Assembly: GCA_035719085.1 (NCBI GenBank)
Contig: DASTGK010000456.1
Span: forward strand, 1 to 53,459
DNA length: 53,459 bases
Reading direction: 5' to 3'
From: Anaeromyxobacteraceae bacterium
Lineage (GTDB): Bacteria; Myxococcota; Myxococcia; Myxococcales; Anaeromyxobacteraceae
The translations under genes were made by a program, and so were the position numbers. Position 1 is the stretch's first letter; every line of letters starts with the position of its first letter. The notes beneath the pieces were generated by a model. That model was given only the letters and a program-made list of their open reading frames with translations. It was not told where the DNA came from and did not search any database. Positions 7,231-15,546 of this stretch are shown piece by piece.

Positions 7231-7841
7231 GCCCGATGGTGACTATCCGCCTCCGGGAGAGGGACGCGGAGGAGATCGCCGCCGGAGAGCCCGCCGCGCT
7301 CCAGCGCGCCCAGCAACTCGTGGGCGCGGAGCTGGCGCGCCGCCGCAGCTCTCGGGCGAAGCGGGCGGCCCGAAGCGTCACGATGCCTCGTCGGGAGGTG
7401 GCGGAGCTCAAGCCCGCCTCCGGGCAGTGGGGGACGAAGGCGCTGCGTGCGGCGCTCTGGACGCGCGCGGAGGGGCGGTGCGAGTGCGGCTGCGGGCGTT
7501 CGCTGATCACCTTCGCCACGGCCGAGATGGACCACTTCTGGGGTCGAGCGAAGGCGCCACAGACGCCTGAGACGTGCTGGCTGCTGGCGCGCGAGTGCCA
7601 CCGACGGAAGACCGACAACATTCCCTCGCGCACCCACTGGCTGAATCTCTTTCTGTGGCACCTGGAGTCCCATGGCTTCGGGCGCTCGGACTCGGCGCGC
7701 CGGGCGCGGGCGGTGCTGGAGGCCGAGGAACAGCTCGAGGCGGCGGAACAGCGCAGGGTTCGCGAGGCGGAGCGCGCGGTGGAGCAGGCCGAGGACCTGG
7801 CGGAGCGCGCGCGGCGCGCGGAAGGAGCGAGCGATGCCTGA
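7227..7841 (+). CDS. HNH endonuclease.
   Basis: GRCECGCGRSL...EMDHFWGRAK...LLARECHRRKT. GTGA overlap at 7227-7230. A degenerate palindrome copy lies at 7369-7395. Confidence 0.7.
   Translation: MSPMVTIRLRERDAEEIAAGEPAALQRAQQLVGAELARRRSSRAKRAARSVTMPRREVAELKPASGQWGTKALRAALWTRAEGRCECGCGRSLITFATAEMDHFWGRAKAPQTPETCWLLARECHRRKTDNIPSRTHWLNLFLWHLESHGFGRSDSARRARAVLEAEEQLEAAEQRRVREAERAVEQAEDLAERARRAEGASDA
7369..7395. repeat. Degenerate copy (9 of 12 arm positions) of the 27-bp palindromic element.
   Basis: cccgaagcgtca-cga-tgcctcgtcggg. Confidence 0.5.
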
Positions 7842-8184
7842 CCTCTTCACCTCCGAGGTGCCGGCCTGGGACCGCGGCCCTCGATGCCCGGAGAAGGACT
7901 GCGGCGGCGCTGCGGTGCCCGTCTACGAGCATCACCTCTTCTTGGGCAAGAACGCGCCGAGGCCGGGAGAACACGCCCTGCCGGCTTCTCACAACCTGGC
8001 CTGCGCCACGTGCGGCAAAACCTGGCGAGGACGTCGGGACGAAGAAGAGCGAGCAGCCGAGGCGCACTACGCTTGGGAGATGAACCACAGGGGCGCAGGC
8101 TCGCATCGGCGCTCGGAGTGGGAGGCCAGGAAGCTCGCGGACGAGGCGGCCAAGGTCGCCCGTCTCAAGGAGGGGCGCTGGTGA
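7834..8184 (+). CDS. Hypothetical Cys-containing protein.
   Basis: ATG at 7834. CPEKDCGG...CATCGK pairs suggest a zinc ribbon. Confidence 0.5.
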   Translation: MPDLFTSEVPAWDRGPRCPEKDCGGAAVPVYEHHLFLGKNAPRPGEHALPASHNLACATCGKTWRGRRDEEERAAEAHYAWEMNHRGAGSHRRSEWEARKLADEAAKVARLKEGRW

Positions 8185-8423
8185 CGCAGCGATTGACGGA
8201 TAACGACAGCCGGGTGTTGCGCGCGGTCGAGGTCGCGTGCGGCGAGTTCGATGGGTTCGCGCCGCACGGCGCTCGCGACTGGGTGGCGGTTCGGCGGCTG
8301 CGCGCGAGCGGCCTGGTGGTCCAGAACGCGGATGGCCGGTGCGAGACGTGCCCGGAAGGTCACGACACGCTGCTCTACGTCCTCACGTCGGCTGGTGAAG
8401 CCGCGCTGGAGAGCCTCTCGTGA
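8181..8423 (+). CDS. Hypothetical protein.
   Basis: GTGA overlap at 8181-8184. 80 aa. Confidence 0.5.
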   Translation: MTQRLTDNDSRVLRAVEVACGEFDGFAPHGARDWVAVRRLRASGLVVQNADGRCETCPEGHDTLLYVLTSAGEAALESLS

Positions 8424-8770
8424 GCACCGCCCCGAAAGAGCCCGTCGACGTGTACGACGTGGCCGGCTACCTCAACTCGAAGGCCGCCCGTGTCGTCCGG
8501 GCGTGCCGTGCGCGCGGATGGGCGACCGACTGGTCCCGACGCGGCGCCTACCTGTTCCTGGAGGTGGCCGAGGTCATCGAGTCCTTGCGCGGCAAGGGCG
8601 ACTCGCCGCCGGCGGAGGAGGCGGCGGACGTGCTGCTCGTCTACCTGTCCATCCTGGGCGCGAACGGAATCGATGTGGCGGTGGTGCTGGCGGAGATGGA
8701 CCGCAAACTGGCGCTGATCGAGGCCGGGACCATCGGCGCGGGACCTGACGCGGTGAGGGTGTCGCCATGA
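8420..8770 (+). CDS. mazG: MazG-like nucleotide pyrophosphohydrolase.
   Basis: LFLEVAEVIESLRGKG...EEAADVLLVYLSILGANGIDV is a typical all-alpha NTP-PPase signature. Confidence 0.7.
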   Translation: MSTAPKEPVDVYDVAGYLNSKAARVVRACRARGWATDWSRRGAYLFLEVAEVIESLRGKGDSPPAEEAADVLLVYLSILGANGIDVAVVLAEMDRKLALIEAGTIGAGPDAVRVSP

Positions 8771-9984
8771 GCGGCTACGACTGGAAGAGCAATCCCTGGT
8801 GCTGGGCGGTGACGTTCCGGGTGGTGACGGACGCGCGCCCCGAGGTGAAGCACCGGCCCATCCTGTTCTCCGGCGAGATGGTGCGGGCCATCCTCGACAG
8901 GCGGAAGACGCAGACGCGACGGCCGGTGCGCGGCAACCGCGCTCGCGTCCCGGTGACGCTGGCGGACCGCAAGGCCGGGCTGGACGGCGCGTTCTGGGCG
9001 CAGCCCGGTGGCTGGGTGCGGTGCCCGTTCGGCGCGCCCGGTGACAGTCAGACATGCGTGGTACATGGCGCCGATGACCGAAAGAGCGTCAAACGGAGTG
9101 CTTCTGCTGCCGATCCCGGTATCACCGAACGACGATTACCGAGCGGGGGAGGATGGTCAGATCTACTCTCGGACGAAGTACGCGGGCTTCGGGCGCAAGA
9201 TTCGGGTGGACTGGTATCCCTTGAGCGGCCACGTCACAGCGAAGGGTTATCGAACCATCTCGCTGTGTCACGAGAATCAAAAGGTGACAGGCCATGTCCA
9301 TCGACTGGTGTGCATGGCGTTTCACGGGCTCCCGCCGACGCCAGCCCATCAGGTGCGGCACCTGGACGGCGATTCGGGCAACAACCGGCCGACGAATCTT
9401 GCCTGGGGGACGCAACAGGAGAACTGGAGCGACCGGAGAGCGCACGGCCGGGGTTGCGAGGGCGAGAAGCATCACGCAGCGAAGCTAAGCGACGTGGAGC
9501 GAGATCATCTACGATGGTCGCTCGAGAAGGGGCTCTGCTCGATCCGTCATACTGCGAGGATGCTGGGGATGTCACAATCCTCGATTCAGGCCGTTGTTCG
9601 TGCCCGCCGCGGCTCTGGGTAAGAGAAACCTGGGCGCCCGCTGACTTGCGGTACTCGCCGCTCGCCCCGGTGTTGTACCGGGCGGATGGCGACGCTCAGC
9701 CCGTCAAGGATGAGCGCTGGCGCCCCTCCATCCACATGCCCCGCTGGGCCTCCCGGCTGACGTTGGAGGTGGTGGACGTCCGGGTCCAGCGCCTTCAAGA
9801 GATCAGCGAGGCGGACGCGCGGGCGGAGGGCGTGGAGCCGTGCGGCGGATTCATGGCGACCGCCGGCTGCTGGAGAAACTACGGGAGCGAGGGTCCGTCG
9901 TTCGGTTCCGCGCGCGAGTCGTACCGCTCGCTCTGGGACTCCATCTACGGCGCGCGCCCCCCGAGCTCTCGGAGGGCTGCGTGA
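8767..9984 (+). CDS. Conserved phage protein (ILFSGxMVRAILxxRKTQTRR / CPFGxPGD-LWVRETW / WRPSIHMPRWASR family), interrupted by a 564-bp in-frame insertion.
   Basis: The family motifs flank 9046-9609. The whole 405-codon frame stays open. Confidence 0.7.
   Translation: MSGYDWKSNPWCWAVTFRVVTDARPEVKHRPILFSGEMVRAILDRRKTQTRRPVRGNRARVPVTLADRKAGLDGAFWAQPGGWVRCPFGAPGDSQTCVVHGADDRKSVKRSASAADPGITERRLPSGGGWSDLLSDEVRGLRAQDSGGLVSLERPRHSEGLSNHLAVSRESKGDRPCPSTGVHGVSRAPADASPSGAAPGRRFGQQPADESCLGDATGELERPESARPGLRGREASRSEAKRRGARSSTMVAREGALLDPSYCEDAGDVTILDSGRCSCPPRLWVRETWAPADLRYSPLAPVLYRADGDAQPVKDERWRPSIHMPRWASRLTLEVVDVRVQRLQEISEADARAEGVEPCGGFMATAGCWRNYGSEGPSFGSARESYRSLWDSIYGARPPSSRRAA
9046..9609 (+). mobile_element. 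Homing-endonuclease insertion (188 codons, visibly lower GC) inside gene 8767-9984.
   Basis: It lies between ...CPFGAPGD and RLWVRETW... and contains an HNH ORF in the +1 frame. It is AT-richer than its flanks. Confidence 0.7.
9065..9622 (+). CDS. HNH homing endonuclease (HNH_3-like core plus C-terminal HTH).
   Basis: KGYRTISLCHENQKVTGHVHRLVCMAFHGLPP...VRHLDGDSGNNRPTNLAWGTQQENWSD...HHAAKLSDVERDHLRW...RMLGMSQSSIQAVV. The TAA stop falls inside the host LWVRETW codons. Confidence 0.8.
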   Translation: MAPMTERASNGVLLLPIPVSPNDDYRAGEDGQIYSRTKYAGFGRKIRVDWYPLSGHVTAKGYRTISLCHENQKVTGHVHRLVCMAFHGLPPTPAHQVRHLDGDSGNNRPTNLAWGTQQENWSDRRAHGRGCEGEKHHAAKLSDVERDHLRWSLEKGLCSIRHTARMLGMSQSSIQAVVRARRGSG

Positions 9985-10208
9985 TGGAGTTCAGTGAGCA
10001 CGAGAAGACGGAGATGGACGTGCGCGACCTCCGCGCCCAGTTGCTGCGCGCCAAAGAGGAGGTTGCCCGGACGCGCGCCGAGGTGCTGGAACAAGTGCTC
10101 GCCATCCTGGAGCCGCTGCTTTCGCCCGAGTCGATGCTCCCACGCGCTCCGGTGGTGTTGATGCGCAACGCGGTCCGAGCTGTTCGAGCCCTACGGGAGA
10201 GCCGCTAG
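9984..10208 (+). CDS. Hypothetical coiled-coil protein.
   Basis: TGATG junction at 9982-9986. 74 aa. Confidence 0.5.
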   Translation: MEFSEHEKTEMDVRDLRAQLLRAKEEVARTRAEVLEQVLAILEPLLSPESMLPRAPVVLMRNAVRAVRALRESR

Positions 10209-10736
10209 ATGGCTACCTGCTTGGAGTGTCACGCCGAACTTCCGCGCCACGCGCTCGGCTGCGACGTGCCAGCCGTGGAGCAGGTTCGGGAGGCCGTGCT
10301 TGCAGGGGAACATCCTCTGTCGCTGCTCAACATCCATCCACAGCCCGCGCCCACCGGGAATGGCACCCCCATCCTTCCGCTGCTCATCGCGGACCTCCAC
10401 CGACGGGGCGAACACGGTCTCCAGAAGTACGGGACCGTCCTTCGGGCTGGCAACGGGCGGAGCGCTCTCCGCGACCTCTACGAAGAGCTCCAGGACGCGG
10501 CGCTCTACGTCCGCCAGAGGCTCCAGGAGGACGAGGAGGTCGCGGCCCGGGTGCGTGCCGAGGCGCTGGAGGATGCCGCCCGCGCGGCCGAGGCGGACCT
10601 CGAAAGCCTACCGCCGCAGGAGTTCGCGCCTCATGGGCTTCGCGCCGAAGGTGAGCGTTTCGACGGCGGTTCCAGCGCTGCGGCCGCTCGCCGAATCGCC
10701 GCGCGCATCCGGGCGCTCAAACGGGGGGGGCGGTAG
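10209..10736 (+). CDS. Hypothetical protein, possibly with an NTP-pyrophosphohydrolase-like fold.
   Basis: LIADLHRRGEHGLQKYGTVL...NGRSALRDLYEELQDAALYVRQ resembles phage dNTP diphosphohydrolase N-terminal domains. Unverified. Confidence 0.5.
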   Translation: MATCLECHAELPRHALGCDVPAVEQVREAVLAGEHPLSLLNIHPQPAPTGNGTPILPLLIADLHRRGEHGLQKYGTVLRAGNGRSALRDLYEELQDAALYVRQRLQEDEEVAARVRAEALEDAARAAEADLESLPPQEFAPHGLRAEGERFDGGSSAAAARRIAARIRALKRGGR

Positions 10737-11168
10737 ATGGAGACCACCCACCATCCCGAGCCCGTCCGCCGTCACTCGCGGCCGGCGCTCGCCCTTGCCG
10801 CTCGGGAGCGCGACCGGGCCCTGCGCGCGGTGCAGCAACTCATCGAGTGCGCACTCATCTCGGACGAGCCGGATCGTCCGATGGACGAGCGGGGCCGCAT
10901 CGCCTCTGCGGTGAACGCCTCACTCCGGAAGCTCTACGCCGGCGTGCTCGCGCTTCACGAGGGGCCGACCAAGAAAACCCGCCACCAGTGGCGCTACGAC
11001 GTGGCCGCCGGGCTGGACCGCTGCACCCGCTGCCCGCTCACTCGCGAGCGGAAGTCCACCTCTGAGGGCGTCCGGTACGTCTACGCCCGCGGCGGCGAAG
11101 TGGTGGCCATCGGGCCGGCCACGCACGCGGGCGCCCCGCGGTGCGAGCGCGCAAAGGAGGAGCCCTGA
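10737..11168 (+). CDS. Hypothetical protein.
   Basis: 143-aa ORF, contiguous with its neighbours. Confidence 0.5.
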   Translation: METTHHPEPVRRHSRPALALAARERDRALRAVQQLIECALISDEPDRPMDERGRIASAVNASLRKLYAGVLALHEGPTKKTRHQWRYDVAAGLDRCTRCPLTRERKSTSEGVRYVYARGGEVVAIGPATHAGAPRCERAKEEP

Positions 11169-12421
11169 TGCACCTGCCCTGGACTCAGGTGGCCAACGAG
11201 GTCCTCGACCACGCCGCGCCGGAGCTGGCCGTGGCCCTGGCCTGGCACGAGGACCCGGAGATCAGCGAGGCGCTGGCCCTGCGCGGGCTGGTGCAGCTCT
11301 TCCGGTGGGCTCGAGAGCGCTGCCCCAACGACCGCCCCCCGTCTGCCGGGGCGATCATCACCGGGTCAACCGCCGGACGCCTCATCGCGCGGGCGATGGG
11401 CTGGCGCGGCGACCCCGAGGCGTTGGTGGACGCGCTCGAGCGGGTGCAGCCGAGCCCCATCGTGTCACGGATGGATGGCGGGGTGCTGATCTGCGGCCTG
11501 GACCGCTACGACGGCGCCTGGCGGAAGAACTACCGCGACGCCGCCGAGGCCTGGGACGCGCGCGTGAAAGCCGCCGCCGAGCGCATCCCGGTCGGAATGC
11601 CCACGGAAACCGCACGGAAACCGGGCGCAGTCCGCGCGGTTTCCGACCGCCAGACGCAGACGCAGACGCAGACGCAGAAAGAAGAAGATCCCCCCTCGCG
11701 TGCGCGCGCGGGAGCGGTCGCACATCCGCCGCCACCAGCGCTTATCTCGCCCGCCGCCGACGACCTGCCCGCGCGGATGGACGAGATCCACCGCCGAGCC
11801 CGCAGCCGCCCGCTGGAGTGGGGCCCCGCCCGACACCGGATGGCGCGCGAGCGCGAGCTGGGCGACCTGGCCGCGCAGCACGGCGACGCGGAGCTCCTCC
11901 GACGCTTGGAGAACGCGCTCACCTGCCCGGCGGGGAAGTTCCCCTACTTCGCCGAGGTGGGCGACCTCGTGAGGCACTGGGGTCGGTACGCGGAGCCCCT
12001 CCCCGAGGAGCCCGGTCGGCGCCCGAAGACAGCGAACGAGGTGCTCGGGATGCCCCCGGTCGTCCCACGAGAGACGCCGGCAGAAGCGGAGCAGCGAGTG
12101 GCGGCGGAGCGCGCTCGCCGGGAGGAGCTGCGGCGGCAGAACCCGCGCGCGGCGAAGGTGGTCGACCTCGCCCAAGCGCGCGCGGCGCGCGCTCCGCCCG
12201 AGGCTCGCGAGGAGGCGCTGGCGCTGGCGGCGCTCCGGGCGCTTCCGTTCGGCGAGCGGCGCCGCATCTACGCGGAGGCGCGACGGCTCGCGCGGGGCAA
12301 CGGACTGACGCCGCGGGCGCGGAGGGTTGCGCGGAGGTTCCACATCGAGGCGCTGGTGGCGGCCGGGCTGGGCGTCAAGGCGCACGGGTTGCAAGCACTG
12401 GCTGACGGAGGCACGCGATGA
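11168..12421 (+). CDS. Hypothetical protein with an internal (cagacg)x4 repeat. Function unknown.
   Basis: ATG at 11168 (TGATG junction). QTQTQTQTQ linker at 11651-11674. Confidence 0.55.
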   Translation: MHLPWTQVANEVLDHAAPELAVALAWHEDPEISEALALRGLVQLFRWARERCPNDRPPSAGAIITGSTAGRLIARAMGWRGDPEALVDALERVQPSPIVSRMDGGVLICGLDRYDGAWRKNYRDAAEAWDARVKAAAERIPVGMPTETARKPGAVRAVSDRQTQTQTQTQKEEDPPSRARAGAVAHPPPPALISPAADDLPARMDEIHRRARSRPLEWGPARHRMARERELGDLAAQHGDAELLRRLENALTCPAGKFPYFAEVGDLVRHWGRYAEPLPEEPGRRPKTANEVLGMPPVVPRETPAEAEQRVAAERARREELRRQNPRAAKVVDLAQARAARAPPEAREEALALAALRALPFGERRRIYAEARRLARGNGLTPRARRVARRFHIEALVAAGLGVKAHGLQALADGGTR

Positions 12422-13332
12422 AGGTCGACGAGAAGCGGCTGATGGAGATCGAGGGCCGGGAGAAGGCGGCCACGGCCGGGAAGTGGGACGTATTCGAGCC
12501 CTACCCGTCGACTCAAGAGCGGCGGAAGTGGAGCGTGTGGGCCGGTGGGAATGCGGTGGCGACAGTGAACATCGGCGACGGGGAGAAGGCTGACGCCGAG
12601 TTCATCGCGGCCAGCCGCGAGGACGTGCCGGACCTGGCGGCGGACCTGCGCGACGCCCGCACCGAGCTCCAGCAGCTCCGGGCGCAGGTGGCTGCGCTGG
12701 TGGACGAGGCCGCCCGGGTCAACGCGAGCCTGGAGACCGCCGCCCGGCTGCGCGCGGAGAACGAAGCGCGCGTGGCCAAGCGCATCGGGCGGCTCACCGA
12801 CGCCCTATGCATGGCGCAGGGCTGGCTGGACTCGCATCATCCCGACGACGGCGCCAGGGAGATTCAGGCCGTGCTGGCTGCGGCGCTGAACGACGCCGAC
12901 CACACGCCGCGCGTGCTCGGATCCAACCTGCTCGACCCTCAGCGCGTGGCCGGGCTCCGGCCGGCGGAGTTGGCCGCGAAGGAGCGCGCACGGGCCGAGT
13001 CGCTGGCTGCGCGCCTGGACGACGCCACCGCCGCGATCGCCACGGCCAACGAAGCGAGGGCTCACGCCGAGGCACAGGCCCGGCGCGCGGAGGGAGCGCT
13101 CCAGGCCCACGAGGAGCGGGCGGAGAGGGCGGAGGCGGCCGTCTTGGCAGAGCGCGAGGCCTGCGCGCGTGCGGCGGAGTCCCGGAAGCGCACGCTCTTG
13201 GCGCTCGGCTCCGGGCCGATGATGAGCGCGGACCCCGTCTACCTGCGCGCGTGCGACGACATGGCGGCGGCCATCCGCGCGCGCGGCGCGCCGCCGACCG
13301 TCCTGGACACTGCGGCCAAGGGGGGCGCGTAG
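12418..13332 (+). CDS. Ead/Ea22-like coiled-coil protein.
   Basis: GKWDV...NAVATV...ADAEFIAASREDVPDLAADL followed by a long coiled coil. Paralogous in pattern to 42990-43535. Confidence 0.55.
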   Translation: MKVDEKRLMEIEGREKAATAGKWDVFEPYPSTQERRKWSVWAGGNAVATVNIGDGEKADAEFIAASREDVPDLAADLRDARTELQQLRAQVAALVDEAARVNASLETAARLRAENEARVAKRIGRLTDALCMAQGWLDSHHPDDGAREIQAVLAAALNDADHTPRVLGSNLLDPQRVAGLRPAELAAKERARAESLAARLDDATAAIATANEARAHAEAQARRAEGALQAHEERAERAEAAVLAEREACARAAESRKRTLLALGSGPMMSADPVYLRACDDMAAAIRARGAPPTVLDTAAKGGA

Positions 13333-13335
13333 ACC

Positions 13336-13680
13336 ATGGAGCTCCCGACGGAGGAGGACGTGCTCGCGGCACTGGTGCTGGAGTGGCTGCTGTACGCGGA
13401 CGGCGGGACGCTCGGCGTGCCCGATAACTTCGAGCTCCCGCCGATGGTGGATGCCGTCGTGCACGAGATGTTGTGCGACTGGGACCTTGAGCAGGCCATC
13501 GCGGACTCCGAGCGACGTCTGGAGGTGGAGCGGGCCGAGCGCGCGGTGCTCAGTATGCTTCGCCACGGCTTCCGCCCGTTCTCGCGGCGCGAGCGCCTGG
13601 ACGATCTGGAGCAGGAGCCCACAGCGGACGAGGTGCTCCGCTGGGCTTGGACGCGCCTTCACCCCACGAGGTCCGCATGA
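13336..13680 (+). CDS. Hypothetical protein.
   Basis: 114-aa acidic ORF. Confidence 0.5.
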   Translation: MELPTEEDVLAALVLEWLLYADGGTLGVPDNFELPPMVDAVVHEMLCDWDLEQAIADSERRLEVERAERAVLSMLRHGFRPFSRRERLDDLEQEPTADEVLRWAWTRLHPTRSA

Positions 13681-15203
13681 GCGCCGACGCCATCACCACC
13701 CGCGAGGGCGCGCCGCTCGAGCTGAGCATCGAGAAGGCCTTGGCGCTCGTCCGGGACTCTGAGGACCTGCACGAGCTCAAGGACCTCCGGGACCAAGGCC
13801 AACTCCTCGCCGGGCTCGCCCGCGCCCGCAACGCCTCTCGCGACGTGGCCAACGGCGCCGCGCAGGTGAAGTTGGAGGCCGAGCGGAAGATCGGCGCCGT
13901 CCTGGAGGAGCAGCGCCGCCGCGGCACCCGGGCTCAGCCCGCCGACAACCTCCGCCGGGGCCCGAAGCGTCACGATGACGCTTCGAAGGCGCAGGCCGTC
14001 GCCAAGCCCCCGACGCTGGAGGAGCTGGGCATCGAGCCCAACGCGGCCCGCCGCTACCAGGCCGTCGCCCGCGCCCCCGAGGAGAAGTTCCGCGAATACA
14101 TCCGGGCCCAGAAGGAGCATCCGGACGGGGAGATCACCACCGCCGGCTTCCTCCGGGTGGCGATGTCGCGCAACCCCCACGCAGCGAGCAACGTCTCTAG
14201 CGACCCGGAGAAGAACGAGCGCTTCACGCCGGTGGAGCTGGTCTCCGCCCTGCACCGGGAGTTCCGCTTCACGGTGGACGTGTGCGGGCACCCTCTCGCG
14301 CCGGCGAGCAAGCTGATCGGCAAGTTCTACACGAAAGAGGACGACGCCCGGACAAAGGACCTCACCGGCGAGCGGCCGTTTTTCAACGTGCCGTTCGACG
14401 AGCTGGAGTTCTGGGTGAAGTTCACCCATGAGCTCGTGGCCAGCGGGAAGGTGAAGCGGGCCGTCCACGTGATGCCAGCCAGCCGGACGGAGCAGCCCCT
14501 GTGGCAGCGGTGGATCGAGCCGTACCGACTGGACCGGAACGGCTCGGGCGTGCGCGCGCGCTTCCTGCACGGCGGCAGCTACACGGGCAACCTGGAGGAG
14601 GATGGGTCGCGGACGCGCTACGGCAACCCGGACGACCCCGAGGGGCTGGACGTGGGCTCTCCGGGCTGGGCGAGCGTCATCGTCATCTGGGAGGGGCCGC
14701 TGCGGCGGTCGCCCGAGATGCCGCTCCCGGCCGACGAGCAGGCGACCAGCGGCGCCGAACTACCGGCCGCCCGTCGTGCGCTGCTGGACGCGGCCGGCAA
14801 GGCGGTCGACGCAGCGACGCCGGAAGCCAGGGCCGCACTCGCCCGCGTGGGCATCAACGCGCTCGTGGACGAGGCCACCGGCTACCAGGAGTCCCGGCCA
14901 GCGGGCGCCCTGCGCGAGATGCTCACCGGCGAGGCCGACGACCCGCTCCCGTTCCTCCAGGAGTCCCTCGCCGCCTACCGCTCCGGAGATGACGTGTGCC
15001 CCGGCTGCGGTCGCGCCGATAAGGAGGTCCGCGCGTCCAAGGCGGGCTGGCGCCATCGAGGCGGTCACCTGTCCATCTGCGGACGCTGCAACCGAGCCGG
15101 GAAGAAGCCCGCCGAGGTGTCGAAGTCGGACGAGGCGGCCTGGAAGGCAGCGAAGGACGAGGCGCAGAAGAAGCCGGCGCGGAAGGCGCGCGGACGGAGG
15201 TAG
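13677..15203 (+). CDS. Multidomain N6-adenine DNA methyltransferase (phage Dam type), with an N-terminal helical or HTH-like region and a C-terminal P63C-like segment and zinc ribbon.
   Basis: ERFTPVELVSALHREFRFTVDVCGH...FFNVPFDELEFWV (methylase core). INALVDEATGYQ. CPGCGR...CGRC. The palindrome is in-frame at 13961-13987. Confidence 0.7.
   Translation: MSADAITTREGAPLELSIEKALALVRDSEDLHELKDLRDQGQLLAGLARARNASRDVANGAAQVKLEAERKIGAVLEEQRRRGTRAQPADNLRRGPKRHDDASKAQAVAKPPTLEELGIEPNAARRYQAVARAPEEKFREYIRAQKEHPDGEITTAGFLRVAMSRNPHAASNVSSDPEKNERFTPVELVSALHREFRFTVDVCGHPLAPASKLIGKFYTKEDDARTKDLTGERPFFNVPFDELEFWVKFTHELVASGKVKRAVHVMPASRTEQPLWQRWIEPYRLDRNGSGVRARFLHGGSYTGNLEEDGSRTRYGNPDDPEGLDVGSPGWASVIVIWEGPLRRSPEMPLPADEQATSGAELPAARRALLDAAGKAVDAATPEARAALARVGINALVDEATGYQESRPAGALREMLTGEADDPLPFLQESLAAYRSGDDVCPGCGRADKEVRASKAGWRHRGGHLSICGRCNRAGKKPAEVSKSDEAAWKAAKDEAQKKPARKARGRR
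13961..13987. repeat. 27-bp palindromic element, copy 3 (10-bp perfect stem, CGA loop), in-frame in the methylase gene.
   Basis: cccgaagcgtca-cga-tgacgcttcgaa, read as PKRHDDASK. Confidence 0.85.
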
Positions 15204-15207
15204 GTGG

Positions 15208-15546
15208 ATGGGTGCTCGGATCGGCTCTGGCGCTCGGGCGGCTCCAGCCGCCCCCATGTGCGACATCGACGGGTGTCGCAACCATGCAGCTCCGCTTCCG
15301 CCGACCCGGAGGGGTGAGCCGCGGTGGAACCGCCTCTGCTGGACGCACCTCTGGAGGCGCCGGACCGGGCGGCCGATGACGCCCGAGGTGAAGCCCTACG
15401 GCCAGTCGAAGATGGAGCGGATGGTGGAGGCCGCCTACGCGCTGCTCGACGCGGCGGCCGGCGGGCGGGATGGGGTGCTTCGGGCCAAGGACCGGCTCCG
15501 GAAGGCCGGGGAGAGGGTGCGCGGGCGGAGGGCGTCAGCGAGGTAG
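15208..15546 (+). CDS. Hypothetical zinc-binding protein.
   Basis: MCDIDGCRNHAAP...LCWTHLWRR. Confidence 0.5.
   Translation: MGARIGSGARAAPAAPMCDIDGCRNHAAPLPPTRRGEPRWNRLCWTHLWRRRTGRPMTPEVKPYGQSKMERMVEAAYALLDAAAGGRDGVLRAKDRLRKAGERVRGRRASAR

Noticed and set aside
9046-9609. An intein interrupting gene 8767-9984.
   Set aside because: The host-frame translation of the insert has no Hint blocks. It lacks an N-terminal Cys/Ser-led block A and a C-terminal His-Asn, and the +1 residue is Arg. The endonuclease is in a different reading frame.
9046-9609. A group I or II intron carrying the HNH ORF.
   Set aside because: The HNH ORF (9065-9622) fills the insertion, leaving about 19 nt at the 5' side and none at the 3' side. 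That is far too little for a ribozyme core unless it is fully overprinted. The question is kept open only as something to test by covariance-model scan and RT-PCR.
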